64,000 nucleotides of DNA from contig CAXXFV010000025.1 in the NCBI GenBank assembly GCA_963674595.2, forward strand, positions 1 through 64,000, written 5' to 3'. Under the pieces are notes generated by a model. That model was not told the origin of the DNA. It ran no database searches and saw nothing but the letters and a program-made list of their open reading frames with translations. Position 1 is the first letter of the stretch, and each line of letters begins with the position of its first letter. Positions 31,103 through 42,000 of the stretch are shown here, in pieces. Both the position numbers and the translations under genes were made by a program. This DNA comes from a bacterium (GTDB lineage Bacteria; Zhuqueibacterota; Zhuqueibacteria; Residuimicrobiales; Krinioviventaceae).

Positions 31103-34100
31103 ATGAAAGTATTCTCTAAAGTATATACCCTGCTTTTTCTGTTACTGACTTCTATGCTTTATGCCCAAGAAGGAGTATCGATTATTCCGGATTCTTTATT
31201 AACAAGAATTGAGAAAAAACAAGCCAACAATCGCGGTGTTGAAGTCAAATCTAAACGTACCAATTTTAGCAAGACGTTTATAAATAGTGAAACCGGTAAA
31301 CATACAGTTGTTTTGTCGAATGGATTTATGCACTATCAGGATGCAGGTGGTGAATTTCATGATATTAATCGCAGACTAATGCCAGTAGACAGCACCCACT
31401 ATGGCGTACGTGAAGGTATGTTTTATGCTTCCTTTGCCAAAGATTTGCAGGAAGACTGGCCCTTTACAGTCATGACAAAGGACAGCTCTTTTATTCGCTG
31501 GAGACTGGTATCTATGGTCTATTTTGACCAGGACAAAAAGAGCTATAAAACAGTTTATAAACTAAATCCCTCCGAACCTGATGTTGTTGGTAATTGTATT
31601 ACTTATCACAATATATTTCCGGGCGCAGATCTGCGTCTGGTATACGGGGACGTTGAGGTCAAAGAAGAGATTGTTCTCAGTGATGAGGCACGAAAAAAAT
31701 TGCCCACACCAGAGAGTTTGAGTATGAAAAGCGAGAAAACCAGCATCATGTTTTTAGCTGAAATGCAAAATAGTGAAGATATTCAGGCCTTTTCAGATGT
31801 AGAAATAATTGTTGAAAAATCCTATAATACTAAAAAAGCAATTTTCTTTAAAAATAAATCAAACAAATCACGTTTTATTTTTCCTATAAATTTTGCTTTT
31901 CTGGCAAAGGACCGTGAAGATCCTTTTTGTGAAACATTTGAACTGGATAAGCAATTTTTGTATGTAGATAAAAGTTCATTCTTTCTTTTCGGCATGTCGT
32001 TTAACCAATTTAGAGAGATACCGCAGGGAGACCTAGTCTTTGATCCGACTACAATTATCCAACCGGATGCCGCTGCAGGAAAAGATGCTCGGTTTGGTTA
32101 TTTTACTAACGGTAATTATAACTATGGTGTAAATTATATTTTGCAGTTGCATGCAAACAATTATAATTATTATGGCGGCCGTACCATTATACAATATGAT
32201 CTTGACCAGATACCTTCCAACGCAGATATTCAGTCAGCACAATTAAATATGTATTATTATTCTGATCAAAATATGTATGTGTATCACAACAGTGCTGATG
32301 CCAATATCCATCAGGTCAGCCGAAGCTGGGTAGAAGGAACCGGAAATTGTATTTATTCCAACGACGGTGTAACGTTTAACACTTATAATGGTGTTAGCAA
32401 TTGGACCAATCTTGGTGGTGATTATAATGCAACAGTATTAGATGTAGTGACTTTTTATAAACAGGATTACAAGTGGATGGCCTTTGACCTGACTTCCAAT
32501 GTGCAAGATATGGTGGACGGCACCACCACCAACAACGGTTGGATCATCAAGTGGGCTCAGGATATTTACCCTAATTTTAGTACTTCTCAGGGTGCTTTGT
32601 TCTATTCGTCAGACTATACCACAGATGTATCCAAACGACCCTATTTGGAAATAACCTATTCAGTACCATCCTTGGCGAGTTATGATTATGATTCCATTGG
32701 CCGCTTGTCCAAAGTGACCTATGCCAATGGTGTTGAAGAGTCCTATAGTTATGACACCAACAGAAACTGGATGTCTCGTAAAGAATATGAAAACAACAGC
32801 AATAATGTCTATGATATTGACTACACCTATGATGATGTAGGCAACATCACATCCCAAGTCTATGCTTATGCCATGGAAGACAATACGACCATGAATTATG
32901 ACTATAACGACCTGCATCAGCTGGATGACTTTTGGATTAGCGGTCAAGCACATTTAGCCTATGCTTATGATCCGAATGGAAATATTACTTCCAAAGAGGG
33001 AACGAGCTTTGCCTATGGAACAACCAATAAACTCGACTCAACCGGAGGTTTATCTTTTACTTATGACGCCATCGGACGAGTTATCGGTATTACCGAGTCC
33101 GGATCGACAGATAATATGAGTTATGACTTGTTCAGCAATATGACTGCTTATAACTCTAACAGTTATTCCTATGACTCTTTTAACCAGCGGGTATATAAAG
33201 ATGAAGATGATGTAGAAACCTATTATATTACCAGTGGACAGGTTATTTTGGCTGAGTATGATGGAAGTGACAATTTACAGGCTGAATATATCTATTCCGG
33301 TGGTAACCGTATCTGCACCTTTGATCCGGGACAAGGTCATTTATGGTTTTACACCGACCATTTAGGCAGTAATCGGTTAATGAGCAATTCATCGACAAAA
33401 CGGGAATATTACCCCTATGGAGATTTTTATACCACGGTGGGAGACGATGAAGTGGGCTATGAATTTTCCGGAAAAGAACTTGACTCTGGCATAGGACTTT
33501 ATTATTTTGGTTCAAGGTATTATCATCCCGGGATTGGACGTTGGTTGGTAACTGATCCGGCAGGACAGGGATTTAGTCCTTATATCTATTGCTGTAATTC
33601 ACCTGTGGTAATGGTCGATCCGGATGGTAATTTTTCTGTTTTTGGTTTTTTAATCGGATCTTATATCGGAGGAGCCTTTTTTTCTGGTATAACAGGTACT
33701 AGAGGTTTTATGAATCCAGCTAATTGGGACTATAGCGATCCCTATTTGTGGGCCTCGATGATCACTGGTGGTCTTGCAGGTGGATTTAATATTCCTTATG
33801 ATATTAGCTATGAATATCTAGCAGGAGGAGCAGGAGGAGCAGGAGGATCTTATTGCCTGCGTGCAGGTTTAAATAATTATGATGGTGGATGGCCATCTCT
33901 TAATTTTGGGGGAACAGCAAGTAATGATTGGGGCAATGGATTGGTGTCTGACGTTTCTTTTAATTTTTTCAATGGTGGATTAGGTACTCCACATGGAAGT
34001 AGAAGTTGGCAGTACGATGCATCATTCTCAGTTCATTACACTTATGGTCGTGGTTATGGAAGTGGTGATCCAATGTCGATTTATACATTAAATTACAATA

Positions 34101-34567
34101 CCCAATCCGCAATTAGAAATACATATGGTGCTTGGTCCATTACATATGGACAAATATGGACGTATAATTCTGCAACTGGAGAGCAAACACGACAGGGAAT
34201 GCTTGGAGGAAGGTATGGTGATGTTTCATTATATTATCATAATGATCATGTCGGTGCCCCAGGTTTTGGCGGTGATACAGATCAGGGCTGGACTGCTGGC
34301 TATGGAATCGCTGTTTCACATGGTGGGAGTAGTTATTTATTAGCTCAAGAACAATTTACTGGAAAAGGAAAAGGAGGGCCTGTAGAGATAATAGATGATA
34401 AGCTTTATTATGTTCAAAATCCATACCAAATGAGTTTGAATAAGGCAGATACAATTTTAAGGGTTAACGGACTAGGATTTACTTTCAGCCGTGAGCCATG
34501 GGGACAAAATTATGTTCATGATAGGGCTAATGGGGGAGCTGGAATTCCTCGTTTCTTTTATTATTAA
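31103..34567 (+). CDS. Signal peptide + WapA-like N-domain + DNRLRE-like domain + Rhs C-terminal part/core + Ntox23-like toxin
   Basis: KRTNFSKTF, QPDAAAGKDA, RPYLEITY; TDHLGS, GKELD, YYFGSRYY, PVVMVDPDG; C-terminal ND...D...QNYVHD. Confidence 0.85.
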   Translation: MKVFSKVYTLLFLLLTSMLYAQEGVSIIPDSLLTRIEKKQANNRGVEVKSKRTNFSKTFINSETGKHTVVLSNGFMHYQDAGGEFHDINRRLMPVDSTHYGVREGMFYASFAKDLQEDWPFTVMTKDSSFIRWRLVSMVYFDQDKKSYKTVYKLNPSEPDVVGNCITYHNIFPGADLRLVYGDVEVKEEIVLSDEARKKLPTPESLSMKSEKTSIMFLAEMQNSEDIQAFSDVEIIVEKSYNTKKAIFFKNKSNKSRFIFPINFAFLAKDREDPFCETFELDKQFLYVDKSSFFLFGMSFNQFREIPQGDLVFDPTTIIQPDAAAGKDARFGYFTNGNYNYGVNYILQLHANNYNYYGGRTIIQYDLDQIPSNADIQSAQLNMYYYSDQNMYVYHNSADANIHQVSRSWVEGTGNCIYSNDGVTFNTYNGVSNWTNLGGDYNATVLDVVTFYKQDYKWMAFDLTSNVQDMVDGTTTNNGWIIKWAQDIYPNFSTSQGALFYSSDYTTDVSKRPYLEITYSVPSLASYDYDSIGRLSKVTYANGVEESYSYDTNRNWMSRKEYENNSNNVYDIDYTYDDVGNITSQVYAYAMEDNTTMNYDYNDLHQLDDFWISGQAHLAYAYDPNGNITSKEGTSFAYGTTNKLDSTGGLSFTYDAIGRVIGITESGSTDNMSYDLFSNMTAYNSNSYSYDSFNQRVYKDEDDVETYYITSGQVILAEYDGSDNLQAEYIYSGGNRICTFDPGQGHLWFYTDHLGSNRLMSNSSTKREYYPYGDFYTTVGDDEVGYEFSGKELDSGIGLYYFGSRYYHPGIGRWLVTDPAGQGFSPYIYCCNSPVVMVDPDGNFSVFGFLIGSYIGGAFFSGITGTRGFMNPANWDYSDPYLWASMITGGLAGGFNIPYDISYEYLAGGAGGAGGSYCLRAGLNNYDGGWPSLNFGGTASNDWGNGLVSDVSFNFFNGGLGTPHGSRSWQYDASFSVHYTYGRGYGSGDPMSIYTLNYNTQSAIRNTYGAWSITYGQIWTYNSATGEQTRQGMLGGRYGDVSLYYHNDHVGAPGFGGDTDQGWTAGYGIAVSHGGSSYLLAQEQFTGKGKGGPVEIIDDKLYYVQNPYQMSLNKADTILRVNGLGFTFSREPWGQNYVHDRANGGAGIPRFFYY

Positions 34568-34762
34568 TTTAGTAAATTTCAACGTTATTAACAGAATGGA
34601 ATTTGTTCTAAACTTTAAATTAACATATAAATGATCTTTAATATTAACTTGTGGTTATTTTTGTTCTCTGCTTTTCAAACCAAACGAAAGAAGATTTAAA
34701 AAGAATAAAAAAAGTATAAGCGAAACTAAATAATAGAACATATAATTTAAAGGTATATTGAT

Positions 34763-35326
34763 GTGAATGTTAAATGCTTTTTAATTTTACTAATGGTTGT
34801 CATGGTGTCCTGTGCGACAAATTTAAAAAGGCTCCCGGAAGGTGGATTTCGGCCTAAAATACCGAATTTTAAGCTTGCAAAATTACCTTTTAAGTTAAAA
34901 AATAATGTAATCGATACCAATACTGTTTATTATGAATTGGAATTAGATCGAGATTTTCGAATATCTTATTTTGACACATCATTTTATTTTTATCGATTTT
35001 TTTCAAACGGTAGAGTGTATGTGAGTAAAATGTTTTATAAAATTCCAACTGATGATGCTGATTATAATGAATTGAAATCTGGATATATCGGATATTATAA
35101 AATTGAAGATAATAATAAATTGATAATAGAAACATTTGAGCCGATAAATTTAGGAAAATTTGTAATCAGGTATGGAACTATAAAAGGTGATTCTATCATT
35201 ATTCATAGTGAAGATAACAGTAAACTTTTTTTTGGATTAACAGATGCTAAGATGGATATAGAAGATCTTAGTTTAGTCAAACTTAAAAGTCCTAAAATAA
35301 ATTTATATTCGAAACCTGATTGGTAA
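34763..35326 (+). CDS. Lipoprotein, putative cognate immunity protein
   Basis: Lipobox MVSC; directly after the toxin gene; low GC. Confidence 0.65.
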   Translation: MNVKCFLILLMVVMVSCATNLKRLPEGGFRPKIPNFKLAKLPFKLKNNVIDTNTVYYELELDRDFRISYFDTSFYFYRFFSNGRVYVSKMFYKIPTDDADYNELKSGYIGYYKIEDNNKLIIETFEPINLGKFVIRYGTIKGDSIIIHSEDNSKLFFGLTDAKMDIEDLSLVKLKSPKINLYSKPDW

Positions 35327-35495
35327 CTAACATTATTTAATCGCCCCAGATATCACCCCTTTGAATTAAAGAAGCAAGAATATGCTTTTATAGTCAACCA
35401 GAATTTATTTTTTTAGGGTATTATTATCAAAAAATCCTCAAAGGTTTTCATAACTTTTGGGGATTTTGTTTTTATAAGTACTTGATAATGGCATA

Positions 35496-35682
35496 GGCAA
35501 AGAACTGGTGCTTTTACTGGGGCTTCCTGTGATCAGCAAAGCCTGGTTGGAAAAGTTGATAAAGGGACCCTTTTTCTGGATGGGATTGGAGATATGTATA
35601 TTCGACTCCAACCCTTCTTGGTATTACCCGCAATACCCTAAAAAAGAAAATCAAAGAAAATAATTTGTACAACCAGAACTAA
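35496..35682 (+). pseudogene. Internally deleted duplicate of the sigma54 activator gene
   Basis: Segments match ~25478-25490, ~25605-25711 and ~26208-26278, joined by deletions. Confidence 0.85.
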
Positions 35683-35690
35683 AACATCAG

Positions 35691-35954
35691 GTGGGTCAAT
35701 TATTGACAACTATTTTGAGGTAAATAATTGTTTTTATTGCTTATGTGCAAATTAACCCTTGAGTAAAAAATTAACCCACCCCTATCATTTTGTTTTATCA
35801 AACCTTATAATACTCGGGAATCCTGGATGGGTCAAAAATTGACCCACTTGAATTAGCGTTTCAGAATAGATTTTTTAACCAGTGAATGTAATTTATTTAT
35901 TAATATTGGGTTATGGATATGCTAATGAATTTATTCTCTTGGCATGATTGCTGT
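35691..35954 (+). promoter_or_regulatory. Duplicated enhancer palindromes and sigma54 promoter of Rhs locus 2
   Basis: GTGGGTCAATTATTGACAAC at 35691; TGGGTCAA-AAA-TTGACCCA at 35828; identical TTGGCATGATTGCTGT at 35939. Confidence 0.75.
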
Positions 35955-36080
35955 ATTCTTTCACAAACTCATATATAAACCGTATTGGGTGAATCTATAA
36001 GGGCTTGAAAGCTATATTCTATTGTATAAACCACTAGTAGCTCTTTTACCTTAACTGTTAACTTGAATTAGGAGTAAAGA

Positions 36081-39000
36081 ATGAAAACAAAAATTACTCT
36101 AAACCTTTTCATTGTATTTGTTTGTTTAAAAACTGTTTTGTTGGCTCAAACAGGTGGACCTATTACTGATATGATGTTTGATAATCATATAGCTTCAATT
36201 AAATATTCTTATGAAAATTTGATTGACCTATATACAGGGGATTTCCAATTTGATTTACCTTTATTTGAACTAAAATTACGAGGAGGCAAAACAATTCCAT
36301 TTTCTGCAAAGTATCAATCAGGAATTAAGATGGGACAAGTTGCAAGTTGGATCGGCTTAGGATGGCATTTTAGTCCGGGAAAAATTATGCGATCAATCCG
36401 TGGAGTTCCAGATGATTTTCGTCATTGTTATGTTGAAAAGGAGCAAGTCGGTGAGTTTACTAATTTTTCCTTGAGTCAAAGTTTAACTGGCTTACCATGG
36501 TATCGTTCAATTTGTATTTCTTGGGAGAGAACAAGACAACATACAAAGGATGATATTTATTACTATGGATACTTGTACTATCAATGTTTTAATGATGAGT
36601 ATTATTTTGACCCAAATATTACTTTTTCTGATGAAGTCTGTCGTGAACAGAGCCGGGCAAGGATGCATATGAATTTTTCTGGAAATTTAACAATGCCCTA
36701 TTTTTTAGCAATGGATGATTACTATGTGACTGGATTTGGTCCCCAGGGGAAAATTGCCCCATACAGAGATGGAGCTCAGGCCCATTTATTTTATGATGAT
36801 GAACCGGTTGAACCTATAAATAATTTTATTTTCATAAACAATGATACCAAAGCTAAAGTGAATTACATAACGGATTCGGATGGATTGATCACAGGCTTTA
36901 TTGTTACTGATATCGATGGCACACGATATGTTTATGGTTACCCTGTTTTTAATAACAGTGGGCAAGTTGGTATCGGTTATAAAGACTTTGGAGTGACGAA
37001 TAATAATTACACAAAACATACATACAACCAAAAGTATGCACTTGAATGGCAGTTGACGGCAATTCTTTATCCTGATTTTATTGATAATGGGACAAAATTT
37101 GATGGGAGAACAGTTGATACTGATGGAAACTGGCTTGGCTTGGATTATAACGACGATGGTAATTGGATTTATTTTAAATATTCTTTATATAATGATGTTT
37201 ATAATTGGAGGGTGCCTGAAAGCTCAACTAGAATTTCATCATTATGGGGTGTGTCTTCAAGTGATAGTAAACATGAAGTTAGTTATGGCTCAAAGCAATT
37301 AGTTTATTTAACAAAGATACAAACACCTATTAATGAGGTAAGATTTGAAATCGATCAATTTGAGCGACAAGATGCATTGGAAATATTTTCAAATGGTACT
37401 ATTGGTACAGACAAACCTGCCGCTTTGTCCAAGATTACCGTTTATAACTATGATGAATTAAATAATGGAAGAGGTGAAATTTGGGGTTTTGATTACAAAA
37501 TAAATTTTCATTATGATCACTCACTTTGTACTGGATCACCAAATTCCACCTCTGGTAATGGAAAGTTGACTCTAACGGATGTAGAATTTATAAGAAAAGA
37601 AGACTATTGCATGACTCTTTCAGAACATTGTCAGCCGTCTCGTACAATATCTTTTGAATATAATGATGATCCCAACTGGGACAATATTAAGTGGGATCGA
37701 TGGGGTTATTATAATAATAATGTTACTTTATATAATCATAAAGTTCCTCAAATTGGCTATAATGATGAATATGTTAGGTCCTGGAGCTTGAATAAAATTA
37801 ATTTTCATTCAGGTGGTTATATTTCAATTAATTATGAATCAGATTCTTATCATAAAGTTTTTAATCTAGACCCACAGCAGGGGATTTCCTCTGATTTAAA
37901 ATATGGAGGAGGTCCTCGTGTTAAATATTTAAAAATGAATGATGGACATGATACAGTCAATTACCGTATTTTTTATTCTCGCAATGATGTTTGTGATGAT
38001 TTTTCATTTCAAACTAATCGTGATCAAAGTTCTGGTGTTGCTGAAGGAGAACCGGAACCATTTTGTGCTTTAAATGACTTAGATACTCGACCATGGGAGT
38101 GGTATCCATTCGCAACCTATTCTATCGGATACGAACAAGTGATAGTCGTTCCAAATGCGGTCCAAAAGGAAGAAGCTGGTAATTATGGACATGATATAGT
38201 TGATGAAACAGATGGTAGGATCATTTATGAATTTACAGCGGGTGATGAAATTCCTGATATTTACACATATAATAGTAGTACGTATGAACATTATCGAGAA
38301 AATAATTCTTGGAAAAGGGGAAAAGTAAAAGGAATTAGGTATGGATTTATAGATAAAACTACTGACCAATTTTGTTGTACAAAGGAAATTACTAATCAAT
38401 ATCAGAACCTTGAAACTGAATATCTTGATTTTGATAAAGTAAGTTGGCATGATCAAAACTTTCTTCAAAATGTGAGAGTAAGATCAGATTTTGTCGATGT
38501 AATTGGTGGAAAGGCTGTGGTTAAAACAAAATCTGAATCACTTGATGGAGTTGAAACAACAACAAATATTACATATTCAAAAGTTAATGGGATGCCTGTT
38601 TCTATTTCAACAACGAATTCAGACAATGATTTAAAAGAATCGCAAGCTGTATATGCATTTCAGCAATATAAGACAGGTTTAGTCCCTTCAACTACAGAAG
38701 ATTACAGTCCAATTTTCTTGGCAAGCTGGAGGTTTGAAGAGAGTCAGGGAACAATAGTGAAGGACTATATTAATCCGATAAATACTGGGGATATGCATGG
38801 GGCTGCATGGGAAGCATCGGGAAAAATCGGTTACTGTTTGAATTTTGATGGGATAGATGATTATGTCTCAATACGAAGATCTCCTGAATATAATGTAGTC
38901 AATACATTATCTATTGAAGCATGGATTTGTCCTGATTCTACGAATAGCTCAAGAACAATAATTAGTAAAAGAGGTGCTTATGATTTACGTATAGATTCAG

Positions 39001-42000
39001 GTTATTTAAAAATCGGGGTCCAAAAAGACAATAATTTTATTTGGTACGGCTCGCAAGTTTTAATATCTGCAGATGTTTGGTCACATATTGTAGTTACTCT
39101 TGAAGGTTCAATTTACAAAATATATAAAAATGGTGTATTGGAACAAACATTGTTAACACCAGGAAATAGTACTGATATTTGGGATACAGGTTATGTTAAA
39201 GGAATTTGGATTGGAGCACATGAAGAGGCAAATAGTGTTGGGAGTTCCTTTTTCCAAGGTAAAATAGATGAAGTTTCCTTATACAATAAGGTTTTAACTC
39301 TTGAAGATGTTTCTGCTAGATACAACAGTGGGGCAGGTAAACATTTATCAGGAATGGATGCGAAATATATGTTAAGTCCAGTTTATAGTGGTATTATATT
39401 AACAAATAATAATAAATTTTTATCAAAATTGTGGACAAAATGGTGTGAGCTTGGTGATAGTTTTGTGATGGATGAAGATTGGATATGGAAGGGTCAAGAT
39501 GATGTGGCTCAAGTTCCCAGTAATCCAGGAGAAAACTATACTCTATGTACAAATATTTACAATAAATATGATGAACATAAAAATATTATTGAGACAACAG
39601 ATGCAAACTTGGTTAAAACAACTCAAAAATGGGGGTACGATGGTGCTTTAAACATTGCCACTATAAAAAATGCTATTAATGGGGAGTGTTCCTTTTTGAA
39701 TTTAGAGGATGGATGGAGTGATTGGACATCGGGAAATAGTGATCTTTATCGGACAACTTCTGATTTAGTACCGAACAATCAAGTCCATTCTGGTATTTAT
39801 AGTGCTTATTGTAGTACTGCAAGTAGTGAATATGGTCCCACTTTAAATATGTATATTGGCAGTGATGGAATTGATATCAACAAAAATTATATTTTTGAAG
39901 CATGGGTAAATATTGAAAATGGAGAGGTCAATATTGGTGCAGATGCTAGGAATGCACAAGGGCAATCAATTGCTGGAATCGGATGGTATAATTCTATTTC
40001 CACAGGTGATGGGTGGCAACTCCTTACCGTAGAAATTACTTCAGATCTTATGAGCTCTTTAACACCCGGTTGTTATTTACAGTGTTTTTGTGGTTTTCCC
40101 AATTCTGGTAGTTCCGGATATGTGGATGACCTTCGGTTTTACCCCAAAAATTCTTTAATGACAACTCAAACGTTTGATCTCTGGTCATATAATTTATCAT
40201 GCTACATGGATGAAAATAACATACCATCATTTGCTGAATACGATAATTTTGGCTTGTTAAAAACAATTAAAAATTCTAATTATGATATTTTAAAATCAAT
40301 AAGTTATAGTTATTCAAGAGACAATAATAGTGATCTTTATAACGTAGCTGATCCAAACAAAGTTATCGAAACATTAAATTTTGATGATGTTAACCAAAGT
40401 GTAAAAAGTGTATACTATGATGGATTTGGTAAAAGTATACAAACACAAATTCAAGATGGCGAAAATGATATTATTTCTGCTATTGACTATGATCTTCTTG
40501 GGCGTGAGTATAAAGTGTGGAAACCTTTTGTTGCTAATACAAGCCATGCATTCACCGCCCAATATGATGATAATGAAGATAGTGATGGTATCACAGAGAG
40601 TTGTAAAGAATATTATGATGCTGATGGTCCCGGTGTGAACTGTAATGGTTTTCCTTTTGTTCAAACAGCATATGGAAATGATCCTCTTAATCGAATTTCA
40701 AGGATTGGGAATCCTGGTAACAATTTTAATATTAATAGTGGTCACAATATATCCTATGAATATGATGAAAACTGGGATGAAGTCACATCATATACTCAAC
40801 ATAATCTATTCAAGAATACAACATTTGATGAAAATGATAATCAAAGGGAGATTTATACGGACAAATTTGGTCATACTGTTTTAGAACGTAGTTATGGTGT
40901 CTATAATAATACGTCCTATTATTCAGGAAGTATGGATCCATTGTCGGTCCCAATTACCAATAATTCAGGTGGTATTATAGATGATGATAGGGCGACTTCA
41001 TTTACACCTACTGTATCTTGCGATGCTATCTGTAATGTAAATATTATTACATCAGCAGAGGCAGGAGAAGGCATAGTTGTTGTGAAAATAGGAGATTACG
41101 AAGGAAGTGCAAACATTTGGTATAGGCAATTTACATTTTCTGCAGGTCAAAATCCGACAGATAGTTTCTCATTTAAAGTAGCGGGTGGTAAAACATATTA
41201 TGTTGCTGTTGCTGCTCAAACGGATGATTATTTGGATATTACTACTTGCACAACGACTGTTGAATATAATAATGAATTTATGGCACCAATTGACACCTAT
41301 TTTCATCATAGTATCCTGGGAAATCTTGAAAAAATAATTCCACCAAAGGCAGAGGGTGTTGGTACGAGTCCTTTATGTACCTCTATGAAGTATAATACGC
41401 TTGGTCAGCTTGTTGCCAAAGTAACACCGGACGCCGACGGTGACGGTGATGGTGATCCAACTGATGAATCTATATCAACCGATAATTTCGATTATCAATA
41501 TAAATATGACAACAATGGTAATATACGGTTTACCAAAACAGCTAAAGGAGAATTTATTTATAACAAATATGACGTCTTTAACAGGCTGGTTGAAACCGGT
41601 GTTTATGAAGGTTCGACAACCTTTGATAATGCCAATGCTTCCACATCCGGTGAGCCTCAAACTGATTTTCCGACTTTAGATAAATCAGTTAAAATTATTT
41701 ATCAGTATGATCAAGAACCTTCATGGAACGATGGAACTTGGCCGGCTGAACCGCAAAGTCCCATGTGGTTTTTTAACAATCTAAAAGGCAAAGTGTCAGC
41801 GGTTAAGTATATGACAGATGGATGGGCCTATACCTATTACTCCTACGACAAAGAAGGACGCATCGAATGGATACGCCATAGTTTGCCCAATTTACCCGAT
41901 TATTCCACCATCGAGTATGAATATGACTTGCAGGGAAATATTATACGTCAAAAATATACACGTGCCGAATATATTAGTGAAGGTCAATATTATGATATTT

